A stretch of 64,000 nt of DNA from Heptranchias perlo (taxonomy: Eukaryota), in contig NW_027139217.1 in assembly GCF_035084215.1 (NCBI RefSeq), forward strand, positions 62,001 through 126,000. Direction: 5' to 3'. Under the pieces are notes generated by a model. The model was given only the letters and a program-made list of their open reading frames with translations, had not been told where the DNA came from and did not search any database. Of this stretch, positions 37,100 to 49,259 are shown piece by piece. The position numbers were made by a program, and so were the translations under genes. The first letter of the stretch is position 1. Each line of letters opens with the position of its first letter.

Positions 37100-38380
37100 A
37101 AAGTTTCAATACTCTACAGGGAGTGGGCTGGTTTAGTTGACAGGCAACAGCAAGGGCACTGGCGAAGTGGCAGGGATGGGACAGGAGTGCTGTCATCCTG
37201 AGAGTGGACACTCGGTTCATGTTCCATGGAGCCACTGCCACTTGTTGTCTCCTGTTATGCACCACCTTCTCCTGCAAGAAAGCGGGACGTGTGTCGGTGA
37301 GTGTCCTGCAAGATGTTTGGGTGATGAGCCTGTCATGGTTGAATAGCTAGTGCGTGTGGCCTGTGTGTTGTGGGTGGGTGGCTTGCAGCAGTGGTAATGT
37401 GTGAGGGTGAGAGGAAGCTTCTGGTGGGAAGAGTTGAGTACTGATGGAAAGAGTTTGTTGGTATGTGGGTGATGAGGGTGTCGTGTGTGGGGCAGTTGGT
37501 TGGAGACACCACTTGACAGTTGACCTCACTCACCTTGACCACTCATGTCAGAGCATTGAACTTCTTCCTGCACTGCGTCCATGTTCATGATGCTGTGGGC
37601 CTGGCATTGACTTCGTCCCCCGCTGCCTTGGGAGCATATATCTGGAGGGCCTCTTGACCCCCCGCGGATATAGGATGTCCCTCCTTCTGTCCACCTCTTG
37701 CACCAAGGCCTCTCGTGCATCATCAGAGAACCTTGGTGCACGCACTCTCACAGGCCTGGTACCAACTCAGATCGGCAGATTGGTGAGGTCTGACCTGCAG
37801 ATTGGAGGATGTGGGATTTAGTAATGTGCAACCTTTATTCAATGTTTTAACATAACTCAACAGTTTGTAAACATAGGGAGGGGACCTGTATCTGTGTTTT
37901 ACGTGTGCGATGTCTGATCTCCGTTCAGACTCTGTCCGAACCCGTATCTTATATTTTGCAAATATCAGAGTCCCTCAAACGTTGAGCAGCCCAGTTGTTG
38001 CTCATTAAAAATTCCACAGTTCCCATCATCATCGTGTTTCACGATATTGCAGCACAGATTCACTTCACCATTGACTTCCTCCACTTCCTGCAGACACACT
38101 GCACCTTCCCTTTAAGTGGTGCAGGCTGCCTTTAAGTGGTGCGAGCCACTCGTGATATCTGGGCCCCTGCTGGTGAGCAGCCACTCACAGTGCAGGGAGT
38201 GCTGGCTGGACGCAGCAATCAGGTAAATCACCAGGCAGCACGAATGTTACGTTCTTCCCACATCTCACCGACCGGGCACGGGTTCATCACGACCCGTGGA
38301 AGTGGTTTTCTCGGGCGGACCGAAAACACACCTCTTACTATAAGTTCAGGAACGATCGGGACACTCGCTGGGAGCACGGG
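37100..38380 (-). mobile_element. Harbinger/PIF-like transposon remnant (Myb/SANT-like ORF)
   Basis: ORF 37548..37751 RAPRFSDDAREALVQEVDRRRDILY; homologous to 6630-7320. Confidence 0.7.
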
Positions 38381-39877
38381 GGGTCCTTTAAATACACAGA
38401 TTGTGGTCCAGGGGGTCCCTTAAATATACAGATTGAGGTTCGGGGGTCCTTTAAATACACTGATCGGGGTCCGGGGGGTCCTTTAAATACACTGATCGGG
38501 GTCCGGGGGGTCCTTTAAATACACTGATCGGGGTTCGGGGGGTCCTTTAAATACACTGATCGGGGTCCGGGGGGGTCCTTTAAATACACAGATCGGGGTC
38601 CGGGGGTCCTTTAAATACACTGATCGGGGTCCGGGGATCCTTGAAATACACAGATCGGGGTCCGGGGGTCCTTTAAATACACTGATCGTGGTCCGGGGGT
38701 CCTTTAAATACACTGATCGGGGTCCGGGGGATCCTTTAAATACACTGATCGGGGTCCGGGGGTCCTTTAAATACACAGATCGTGGTCCGGGGATCCTTTA
38801 AATACACTGATCGGGGTCCGGGGATCCTTTAAATACACTGATCGGGGTCCGGGGATCCTTTAAATACACTGATCAGGGTCCGGGGGGTCCTTTAAATACA
38901 CAGATCGTGGTCCGGGGATCCTTTAAATACACTGATCGGGGTCCAGGGATCCTTTAAATACACTGATCGGGGTCCGGGGGGTCCTTTAAATACACTGATC
39001 GGGGTCCGGGGATCCTTTAAATACATTGATCGGGGTCCGGGGGTCCTTTAAATACACTGATCGGGGTCCGGGGGTCCTTTAAATACACTGATCGGGGTCC
39101 GGGGGTCCTTTAAATACACTGATCGAGGTCCGGGGGGTCCTTTAAATACACTGATCGTGGTCCGGGGGGTCCTTTAAATACACTTATCGGGGTCTGGGGG
39201 TCCTTTAAATACATTGATCGAGGTCCGGGGGTCCTTTAAATACATTGATCGGTGTCCAGGGGGTCCTTTAAATACACTGATCGGGGTCCGGGGGTCCTTT
39301 AAATACACTGATCGGGGTCCGGGGGTCCTTTAAATACACTGATCGAGGTCCGGGGGATCCTTTAAATACACTGATCGGGGTCCAGGGGGTCCTTTAAATG
39401 CACTGATCGGGGTCCGGGGGATCCTTTAAATACACTGATCGGGGTCCAGGGGTCCTTTAAATACACTGATCGGGGTCCGGGGGTCCTTTAAATAAACTGA
39501 TCGGGGTCCGGGGGTCCTTTAAATACACTGATCGGGGTCCAGGGGTCCTTTAAATGCACTGATCGGGGTCCGGGGGTCCTTTAAATACACTGATCGGGGT
39601 CCGGGGGGTCCTTTAAATACACTGATCGGGGTCCGGGGGTCCTTTAAATAAACTGATCGAGGTCCGGGGGTCCTTTAAATACATTGATCGGTGTCCAGGG
39701 GGTCCTTTAAATACACTGATCAGGGTCCGGGGGTCCTTTAAATACACTGATCGGGGTCCGGGGGATCCTTTAAATACACTGATCGGAGTCCGGGGGTCCT
39801 TTAAATACACTGATCGGGGTCCGGGGGTCCTTTAAATACACTGGTTGGGGTCCGGGGGGTCCTTTAAATACACTGAT
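38380..39877. repeat. ~30-bp minisatellite (GGGTCCTTTAAATACACTGATCGGGGTCCG)n
   Basis: Visible array ending ~140 bp before exon 3. Confidence 0.97.
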
Positions 39878-40020
39878 TGTCTCCGTAACCCATCTGCCCA
39901 CTGCCCCCCTCCCCCCACCCCCGGCTTCCCAGGTGATTTCCGACTGTGAGCTGGGTGGTGATGGGATGGTGGACGGGGTCTCGGACTGGGTCTGACTGAC
40001 CCCCTGTGTTTGATTGACAG

Positions 40021-40293
40021 GAATCCACATGATCCAGCAGATGACCGGCTGTGATCTGGGGGATGATGGGATCACCAGTGGGTTCTTTCAGTACGCCTGG
40101 GACGGGGAGGATTTCATCAACTTCGACAGGGATCAGATGGGATGGGTAACACCGGTACAGTGGGGAGAGATCACCAAGAACAGGTGGGACCAGGACACGC
40201 CCCGGAACCAAGGGGTGAAGGGATACCTGGAGGGGGAGTGCATCGAGTGGCTGAGGAAATACCTCGAGTACGGAGAGAGGGAACTGAGGGCCG
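40021..40293 (+). CDS. MHC class I heavy chain exon 3 (alpha2 domain)
   Basis: GIHMIQQMTGCD...QYAWDGEDFI...WVTPVQWGEITKNRW...GYLEGECIEWLRKYLEYG; both Cys present; GACAG acceptor, G|GTGAGT donor, 273 nt. Confidence 0.95.
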
Positions 40294-40700
40294 GTGAGTG
40301 AGGGGGGAGTGAGAGTCGGTGAGTGAGGGGGGGAGTGAGAGTCGGTGAGTGAGGGGGGAGTGAGAGTAGGTGAGTGAGGGGGGGAGTGAGAGTCGGTGAG
40401 TGAAGGGGGGGACTGAGAGTCGGTGAGTGAGGGGGGAGTGAGAGTCGGTGAGTGAAGGGGGGGACTGAGAGTCGGTGAGTGAAGGGGGACTGAGAGTCGG
40501 GGAGTGAGGGGAGGAGTGAGATTCGGTGAGTGAGGGGGGGGAGTGAGAGTCGGTGAGTGAGGGGGGGGAGTGAGAGTCGGTGAGTGAGGGTGGGAGTGAG
40601 AGTCAGTGAGTGAGGGGGGGACTGAGAGTCGGTGAGTGAGGGGGGAGTGAGAGTCGGTGAGTGAGGGGGGAGTGAGAGTCGGTGAGTGAGGGGGGGACTG
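40294..40700. repeat. ~25-27-bp minisatellite whose unit begins with the exon 3 splice donor
   Basis: Unit GTGAGTGAG(G)nAGTGAGAGTCG, ~16 copies, most recreating CG|GTGAGT. Confidence 0.93.
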
Positions 40701-41070
40701 GGGTCTGATCCCCAATTTAAAGGGGTTTGTCCCGTTCCCTGGGGTCTAATCCCCAGTTTAAAGGGGTTTGTCCCGTTCCCCTGGGGTCTAATCCCCAGTT
40801 TAAAGGGGTTTGTCCCGTTCCCTGGGGTCTCATCCCCAGTTTAAAGGGGTTTGTCCCGTTCCCCGGGGTCTAATCCCCAGTTTAAAGGGGTTTGTCCCGT
40901 TCCCTGGGGTCTAATCCCCAGTTTAAAGGGGTTTGTCCCGTTCCCTGGGGTCTAATCCCCAGTTTAAAGGGGTTTGTCCCGTTCCCTGGGGTCTAATCCC
41001 CAGTTTAAAGGGGTTTGTCCCGTTCCCTGGGGTCTAATCCCCAGTTTAAAGGGGTTTGTACCGTTCCCTG
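40700..41070. repeat. ~41-bp minisatellite upstream of exon 4
   Basis: Unit CCCCAGTTTAAAGGGGTTTGTCCCGTTCCCTGGGGTCTAAT, ~9 copies. Confidence 0.95.
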
Positions 41071-41108
41071 TCTCACACTGACTCGGCTCTGATCTGTTTT
41101 ACTCTCAG

Positions 41109-41384
41109 TTACTCCCCAAGTGTTTCTTTCTGTGGACAAGGCCTCAGACTCTAAACCGGCCCAACTCTCCTGCCTGGTCACGGGGTTTTACCCTCGAGAT
41201 ATCGAACTCACCCTCCTGAGAAATGGACGGCCGATCTCAGACACTGATTCCACTGGCATCCTGCCCAACCACGATGGCACCTACCAGATCAAGAGATGGG
41301 TTGAGATCGGGCCCGAGGACGGAGCCACCTACTCCTGTCAGGTGGATCACAGCAGCAAAGCAGGAGTGGAGACCCGAGACTGGG
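41109..41384 (+). CDS. MHC class I heavy chain exon 4 (alpha3, Ig C1-set)
   Basis: LSCLVTGFYPRDI...ILPNHDGTYQ...YSCQVDHSS; CTCAG acceptor, G|GTAAGA donor, 276 nt. Confidence 0.95.
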
Positions 41385-41429
41385 GTAAGAGGATCAGTGA
41401 GTGCAGGGGGAGAGTCTGAGGCTGAGGAT

Positions 41430-41640
41430 TAAAGATGTTTCTATCGCCTCTCCTCATTCTTCCTTCCAAAATACATCACTTCACACTTCTCTGTGTTAAA
41501 TTTCATCTGCCATGTGTCTGCCCATTTCACCAGTCTGTCTGTGTCCTCCTGAACTCTGTTACTATCCTCCACATTGTTTACTACATTTCCGAGTTTCGTG
41601 TCAGCTGCAAACTTTGAAATTATACCCTCTGTACCTGTGA
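41430..41640 (-). mobile_element. CR1 RT fragment in intron 4
   Basis: Homologous to 8345-8535 (KFADDTK region). Confidence 0.75.
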
Positions 41641-42161
41641 CGGGGAAATTTTATTCAGAAATACAAGAGATTTCCAAACCTGCCTGTCTATAATGAGCAG
41701 CACCATATATCTGGGTTACACTGAGTTATTGACTGGCTGGGATCTGTGTGTCAGGTGAAGGAGGCCGTTAGTCCATTGAACTCCTCAACCTTCCATAGAA
41801 AGGCCGTATCACCCATCACTATACTTCCACCAGCCGACTCTGAGACTGTGCTGGGGATTCATCACTTGTGGAGGGGACTAGTAATGACTTTGGACTGATG
41901 GGTAATTCCAATATCTGCAGACAAGCAACAACTTGTATTTATAAAGTGCCTTTAATGGAGAGAAACGTCCCAAAGTGCTTCCCAGGAGTGGAATCAAAGC
42001 CACGCTGAACTTTCTAACCTCCAACTTGCTCTGATCAGACTGCCCATCACATCGCAGACTCGAATCGAACTCAGTCTCAGGCACAGCTTTGGTCTCATTA
42101 CTTCCTAATCAGCAGCGACTGTCGTTATTCATTTCTCTCCTCCTCCTTATTCCCCCCACAG

Positions 42162-42287
42162 ATGGGACGTTCCGAGTGACTCCGGGATCTTCAGAGGGAC
42201 CGAATCTGGGTTTAATTGTTGGAATTGTTCTTGCTGCCATCGCCCTGATTGCTCTCGTCATTGGTGCCGTTGTCTGGAAGAAGAGAG
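42162..42287 (+). CDS. MHC class I heavy chain exon 5 (connecting peptide + transmembrane)
   Basis: DGTFRVTPGSSEGPNLGLIVGIVLAAIALIALVIGAVVWKKR; long polypyrimidine tract + CAG acceptor, G|GTAGGA donor; read-through gives GRK-stop at 42298. Confidence 0.9.
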
Positions 42288-42412
42288 GTAGGAAATGAGG
42301 ACAGGATCTGTCCCACACGGGGATGAGCAGGTTCAAATGTTACAGCACAAATGGCAGAACATTAGAGACTTCCCATAGACATGTGGGAAACTCCGACACA
42401 GTCCAGTGATGG

Positions 42413-43410
42413 ACAGGGACCCGTACAGGGAGTGAAGGGACCGGGGCCCCGTACGGGGAGTGAAGGGACCGGGGCCCCGTACGGGGAGTGAAGGGACCGG
42501 GGCCCCGTACAGGGAGTGAAGGGACCGGGGACCCGTACAGGGAGTGAAGGGACCGGGGCCCCGTGCAGGGAGTGAAGGGACCGGGGACCCGTACAGGGAG
42601 TGAAGGGACCGGGGCCCCGTACAGGGAGTGAAGGGACCGGGGCCCCGTACAGGGAGTGAAGGGACCGGGGCCCCGTACAGGGAGTGAAGGGACCGGGGCC
42701 CCGTACATGGAGTGAAGGGACCGGGGCCCCGTACAGGGAGTGAAGGGACCGGGGCCCCGTACATGGAGTGAAGGGACCGGGGCCCCGTACAGGGAGTGAA
42801 GGGACCGGGGCCCCGTACAGGGAGTGAAGGGACCGGGGCCCCGTACAGGGAGTGAAGGGACCGGGGCCCCGTACATGGAGTGAAGGGACCGGGGCCCCGT
42901 ACGGGGAGTGAAGGGACCGGGGCCCCGTACATGGAGTGAAGGGACCGGGGCCCCGTACAGGGAGTGAAGGGACCGGGGCCCCGTACAGGGAGTGAAGGGA
43001 CCGGGGCCCCGTACGGGGAGTGAAGGGACCGGGGCCCCGTACGGGGAGTGAAGGGACCGGGGCCCCGTACGGGGAGTGAAGGGACCGGGGCCCCGTACAG
43101 GGAGTGAAGGGACCGGGGCCCCGTACAGGGAGTGAAGGGACCGGGGCCCCGTACAGGGAGTGAAGGGACCGGGGCCCCGTACAGGGAGTGAAGGGACCGG
43201 GGCCCCGTACATGGAGTGAAGGGACCGGGGCCCCGTACGGGGAGTGAAGGGACCGGGGCCCCGTACAGGGAGTGAAGGGACCGGGGCCCCGTACGGGGAG
43301 TGAAGGGACCGGGGCCCCGTACAGGGAGTGAAGGGACCGGGGCCCCGTACAGGGAGTGAAGGGACCGGGGCCCCGTACAGGGAGTGAAGGGACCGGGGCC
43401 CCGTACAGGG
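42413..43410. repeat. 28-bp minisatellite (CAGGGAGTGAAGGGACCGGGGCCCCGTA)n, ~36 copies
   Basis: Visible; period 28. Confidence 0.97.
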
Positions 43411-43419
43411 AATGGGAGG

Positions 43420-43685
43420 CGGACAAGAGGCACAATTTGGAGGAACGCAGAGATCTCGGAGGGTTGTAGGGCTGGAGGAGGTTACAGAGATAGGGAGGGG
43501 GCGAGGGCCATGGAGGGATTTGAAAACAAGGATGAGAATTTTAAAATCGAGGCGTTCCCGGACCGGGAGCCAGTGTAGGTCAGTGAGCACAGGGGGTGCT
43601 GGGAGAACGGGACTTGGTGTGAGTTAGGATACGGGAGCAGAGTTTTGGATGAGTTGAAGTTTACGGAGGGTGGAAGGTGGGAGGA
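43420..43685 (-). mobile_element. L2-type LINE fragment
   Basis: LTDLHWLPVRERLDFKILILVFKSLHG, typical of the L2 ORF2 C-terminus. Confidence 0.75.
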
Positions 43686-45214
43686 TGAAGGGAGCTGATC
43701 ACTCCTTGATTCTGGGTGCAGTACAGTCCGAACAAAGGTTGTGTGTATTTGGCGACTGAATGATGGAGTAAATTTAGTTACTGAGTATTGTTAACATCTT
43801 TAATCGAAATTGGGATTGTGTATTGAGTGTTTATTTTTGTTGTAATAAAAGGAACAAAAAGGGAAGGACTCTTTGTGTCTGTGACTAAGTTTGTCTAATT
43901 TTATCGACGTTTATCGAAGTTTCTCTCTCCACTCTGTACCTTGTTTAAGCCGAGCCTCACAGGGTTAATGAGAAAATGCTTCAGGTTTCAGTGCGTGACG
44001 TGGATCCTGAGTTTAAAAGGAGTGTAAACTACCGCAGACAGTGAGCTCTGTCTGAGCTCAGTGCTGTTATGGCCGATATGGAAGGACAAATATCTGCCCA
44101 TATAGCTGAGAAACTTCCGAAGTGGGAGGAAGAGTTTCAGGGCATGGAAAGCCAGGCAGACACGATGAGGGCGTGTCAGGGGAGATTTCATCAATTAATT
44201 CAGGACAAGGAACTTAAAGAGAAACAAGAGAAAGCCGTATGGTTCTTAGCGATGGGCATTCAGTCCAAAACAAGGACGGAGCGGCAGGAGAAGAAGGTTG
44301 TTTTTCGGACTGGAGGGAGGTGGAGCACCGAAACAACGGGCGATACACGGGCCAATTTAGCGCCCAGAGGGTTTTGAAAAAGAACTGGGAATGAAGGAAG
44401 AGATTTTTAAACAGGAGCAGAGAGACAAGGAAAAGGCTTTGGACAAAGAGGGGAAGAATAAAGAGATGGTGGAGAGACGAGTCCAGTCTCTCGAAAACCA
44501 CGTTGAGTATTTCCAGACAAAGGTTCTCAGTGAGAACTTGAGAGATTTAAAGCTCTGAATAATAATCAGGAACTCTTGTGTTTGAAATTGCGAAGAGAAC
44601 ATGGTGATTTCTGAGCAACAGTGAGAAGCCAGTTTGAGTTGGTTAAACAGGTTGGGGAGGGAGATGAAGTGAGTCGCACTCACTGTCAGCGAGAGACACT
44701 AAAGTTCCCGGCGGTGTTGAGAGTAAAAGGGGGGGATAGTGTGAACGATAGTGCCGCCTGGTGAAGAGGGGGAAGGAAGGGAGTTGGATGAGGGAGACTG
44801 GGAAGATTTGGCAGGGAAGGCAGCACAGTCCCATAGTGGGGATTGTGAGCCCAGACTCAGAGAGCTGCCCCCACCTATGGAGCCAGTGATTCAGGTAAAG
44901 AGAGAGGACGCAGACAGAGACCCAGGAGAGGGAGTGAGTCACTATGTAGGATTGGATAGTCAGTAGGTCCTTCAGGAACGAGCCAAACAAGTCCCCGAGT
45001 TTGACAGGAAAGGGGACGTGATGAGACATTGTGTAGAAGGGGAACAAACGGCTGTGCCCAGCGGCATGGATGATGGGGGGAAGTGAGATTGTTACCGTGG
45101 ACCTTGGGGGGGCTGTTTGGAGCGCTGACAGCAAACCGTAAAAATGGTTCCGGGGATTGGCGACAAACACAGGAAGCTGGATTAACAGTGATCGGGTTTA
45201 ATAGAAGGGAACAC

Positions 45215-45930
45215 ACCGAGGGTCTAAAAATACCATCAGGGGCCCACTGAGGGTCTAAAAATACCATCAGGGGCCCACTGAGGGTCTAAAAATACCATCA
45301 GGGGCCCACTGAGAGTCTAAAAATACCATCAGGGGCCCACTGAGGGTCTAAAAATACCATCAGGGGCCCACTGAGAGTCTAAAAATACCATCAGGGGCCC
45401 ACTGAGGGTCTAAAAATACCATCAGGGGCCCACTGAGGGTCTAAAAATACCATCAGGGGCCCACCGAGGGTCTAAAAATACCATCAGGGGCCCACTGAGG
45501 GTCTAAAAATACCATCAGGGGCCCACTGAGGGTCTAAAAATACCATCAGGGGCCCACTGAGAGTCTAAAAATACCATCAGGGGCCCACTGAGGGTCTAAA
45601 AATACCATCAGGGGCCCACTGAGGGTCTAAAAATACCATCAGGGGCCCACTGAGGGTCTAAAAATACCATCAGGGGCCCACTGAGAGTCTAAAAATACCA
45701 TCAGGGGCCCACTGAGGGTCTAAAAATACCATCAGGGGCCCACTGAGAGTCTAAAAATACCATCAGGGGCCCACTGAGAGTCTAAAAATACCATCAGGGG
45801 CCCACTGAGGGTCTAAAAATACCATCAGGGGCCCACTGAGGGTCTAAAAATACCATCAGGGGCCCACTGAGGGTCTAAAAATACCATCAGGGGCCCACTG
45901 AGGGTCTAAAAATACCATCAGGGGCCCAGT
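45215..45930. repeat. 31-bp minisatellite inside gag
   Basis: Unit CCACTGAGGGTCTAAAAATACCATCAGGGGC, ~23 copies. Confidence 0.97.
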
Positions 45931-46534
45931 GAATATCGCGAGGTGTTTGCCAATCGATTATAACGACTCTATGATCGGGTGTACGGTCCAGGATTGAACG
46001 GTGGGACTTCGGGCAGCGTCCCACAGTGAGCCACTGGTTTAGAAGCCTGAACGGTCAGGCCCGACCCTATTTGCCGTCTGCCCTTGTGGGATTCGATCCC
46101 AGAGGAGGCCAATCAGAGTGAGGCGTGGGTCCTTCAGAGAATGACCCGAACCTGGGAAAACCGGAAAGTGGGTGGTGTGCCCGGGGTAAGTCTGGTCACA
46201 GCTCGGAAAAATGAGGGACCAGGTACTCAGAAACAGGGTCAGGATAAGAAAGGGAGCGGGAAACCAACAGAAAAACCCATAAATACAAGTGTCAGGGTGA
46301 GAGGGAGCAGTGGGATGAAATGTTCCAACTGTAGGGAGACGGGACACCTTGCTCGGGACTGTGGGCAGGACTGGAAGGGAGATCAGGCTGGTGAGGAAAG
46401 AGGCCGGGCAGGATTGGACCCTGACTTGGCAGAGTTTGGGAGAGAGCTCGATAACACATTCCATGGGGCGATTCCGAGTGTCCCCGGCACCAGGATCACT
46501 GATGGTGGGAGACAAGAGAGGAGACAAAGAGACG

Positions 46535-47780
46535 GGGTCCGGGCACAGTGACCCGGGGGGAGGGGGGTCACAGTGACCCGGGGGGAGGGGGGTCACAGTG
46601 ACCCGGGGGGAGGGGGGGGTCACAGTGACCCGGGGGGAGGGGAGGGTCTGGTCACAGTGACCCGGGGGGAGGGGGGGGGTCACAGTGACCCGGGGGAGGG
46701 GAGGGTCCGGTCACAGTGACCGGGGGAGGGGAGGGTCACAATGACCCGGGGGAGGGGAGGGTCCGGTCACAGTGACCCGGGGGAGGGGAGGGTCACAGTG
46801 ACCCGGGGGAGGGGAGGGTCCGGTCACAGTGACCCGGGGGAGGGGAGGGTCACAGTGACCCGGGGGAGGGGGGGGGTCCGGTCACAGTGACCCGGGGGAG
46901 GGGAGGGTCACAGTGACCCGGGGGAGGGGGGGGGTCCGGTCACAGTCACCCGGTGGGGGGGGGGGGTCACAGTGACCCGGGGGAGGGGAGGGTCCAATCA
47001 CAGTGACCGGGGGGAGGGGAGGGTCCGGTCACAGTGACCCGGGGGAGGGGAGGGTCCGGTCACAGTGACCGGGGGGAGGGGAGGGTCCGATCACAGTGAC
47101 CGGGGAGAGGGGAGGGTCACAGTGACCCGGGGGGAGGGGAGGGTCCGGTCACAGTGACCCGGGGGAGGGGAGGGTCACAGTGACCCGGGGGAGGGGAGGG
47201 TCCGGTCACAGTGACCCGGGGGAAGGGAGGGTCCGGTCACAGTGACCCGGGGGAGGGGAGCGTCCGGTCACAGTGACCCGGGGGAGGGGAGGGTCACAGT
47301 GACCCGGGGGAGGGGAGGGTCACAGTGACCCGGGGGAGGGGAGGGTCCGGTCACAGTGACCCGGGGGAAGGGAGGGTCCGGTCACAGTGACCCGGGGGAG
47401 GGGAGGGTCCGGTCACAGTGACCCGGGGGAGGGGAGGGTCCGGTCACAGTGACCCGGGGGAGGGGAGGGTCACAGTGACCCGGGGGAGGGGAGGGTCCGG
47501 TCACAGTGACCCGGGGGAAGGGAGGGTCCGGTCACAGTGACCCGGGGGAGGGGAGGGTCACAGTGACCCGGGGGAGGGGAGGGTCCGGTCACAGTGACCC
47601 GGGGGAAGGGAGGGTCCGGTCACAATGACCCGGGGGAGGGGAGGGTCCGGTCACAGTGACCCGGGGGAGGGGAGGGTCACAGTGACCCGGGGGAGGGGAG
47701 GGTCCGGTCACAGTGACCCGGGGGGGGGAGGGTCCGGTCACAGTGACCCGGGGGAGGGGTGGGTCACAGTGACCCCGGGC
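46535..47780. repeat. 26/31-bp G-rich minisatellite with core GGTCACAGTGACC
   Basis: Visible; lies where protease/RT core would be expected. Confidence 0.97.
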
Positions 47781-49259
47781 GGGGTGGGGGGAGGATGAGA
47801 AAAGCAGAGCCCGAGGGAAAGGACAAACACTGCCGGAGTTCCCCAGGCTCCCTCAGTAAAGGTGGTCCCATCTTTCCTGGGTTCGGGTGGGTATTGGAGG
47901 GACTGGACAGCAGACTCTGTGACTCTCAGCACTCCCTTATTTGCCTTGCTAAAGACGGATGCGCCCTGGGACTGGACGCCTGCCTGCACAGAGGAAGTGG
48001 GGAAACTAAAAGCTGCTCTTCACACAGCTCCCGTCTTACAACAGCCACCCCAGAAGGCCCTTCCTCACTCCAAGTGGCAGTTTCCGAGTTTGCTCTGCCA
48101 GCTGGATTGCTGCAGGAGACACCGGGGAAGTTGTGTCCTGTAGCGTGTGTCTCCTGGGTCCTAAGGCCGGTCCAGGTTAATTATTCAGCAGGTGAAGGGC
48201 ACGTCTCGGCCACATTCTGGACCGGTGCAGCTTTTCACTGACATCATCGGCCGAGCTCCCCTGCATTTGTTCACATCTCACTCCCCGACCGAGTTATTGT
48301 TCGATGGGAGATTGAAAGATGGGTCAATCTCAATAACTGACCAGTGAGGTGGACCTTCCTCCTCCAGGGTAGAGATACCGTGGACAAACACACCAGAGAC
48401 TGACCCGAACTTACCCGGAAAGCTGCTGTATCAGGGTCGGCCCCACCGTTATAAGGTAACCACCGATCTGGGGAATGGACCGATTCAAGGCCCAGAAAAT
48501 TCCCAACTCTACTCCAGTGTTTGTTGGCGGCTCCTGACGAGCAAAGAGAGGGGTTACACCTAACTGGCTGTGGGATATATTTCCACAACAGGGAAAGGAG
48601 ATCTCCCGACTGTGACCATCCCCGCTCTGGGCTCAAACAGCTGAATCAGCAGTGATTATCGAGATGATGACCCAGATGAGCCAGGTTCAGCTCCCAGCCG
48701 CCATCGATTCAGATTCCCGGACGGAATCCTCACCCATCTGGGAAAAGAGAGGTTTTCCATCAGCGGATGGGAAGCTTTTCCCATCGGCCCCCCCCACGAC
48801 TTCAGTCCGTTTCCTCACACATTAAATCGTACGCAGGGCAAATTACATCACAGAAAGTTAAAGCTCACACCAGGAACGGGAGTGGGTGGGAAGGAAATGA
48901 GAGGGCAGAGCAGTTGGTCAAAGAAGGGGGAGAGAATGGAATTCAGTGGGACCCTCGAACGAGAGCTTCCCCAGCAGAGATTGTGACCTTCCTGAAAGAT
49001 CCTCTGACTCTGGGGGATTTGAAGGAGACGCAGGCTGAGGAGATCCAAATCCAGCAAGTGATTAATTCACTGGAGGAGGGAATCTCCCCTCCGAGCCCGG
49101 GTGAAGAGAGAAAGGGATTAACAGTTAAGGCTGGTTTATTATTCCGGGTCGGAGCATGGGTCGTACTGGAGGGCTTAAGGAATCACTTCCTTTATCAGGC
49201 ACACCAGGCACCTACAGTGTGACATTCTGGTCCAGTCACAACTCTCACCCCATTAAAGG

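Noticed and set aside
41200-41225. Leu instead of the canonical Ig C-strand Trp in alpha3 (IELTLLRNG)
   Set aside because: From recollection, shark class I alpha3 domains commonly have Leu here, so it is not evidence of pseudogenisation; not verified by alignment.
46535-47780. Functional recombination signal sequences / antigen receptor locus
   Set aside because: Heptamers lack nonamers and no V, D or J segments are present; kept only as a low-interest cryptic-site note.
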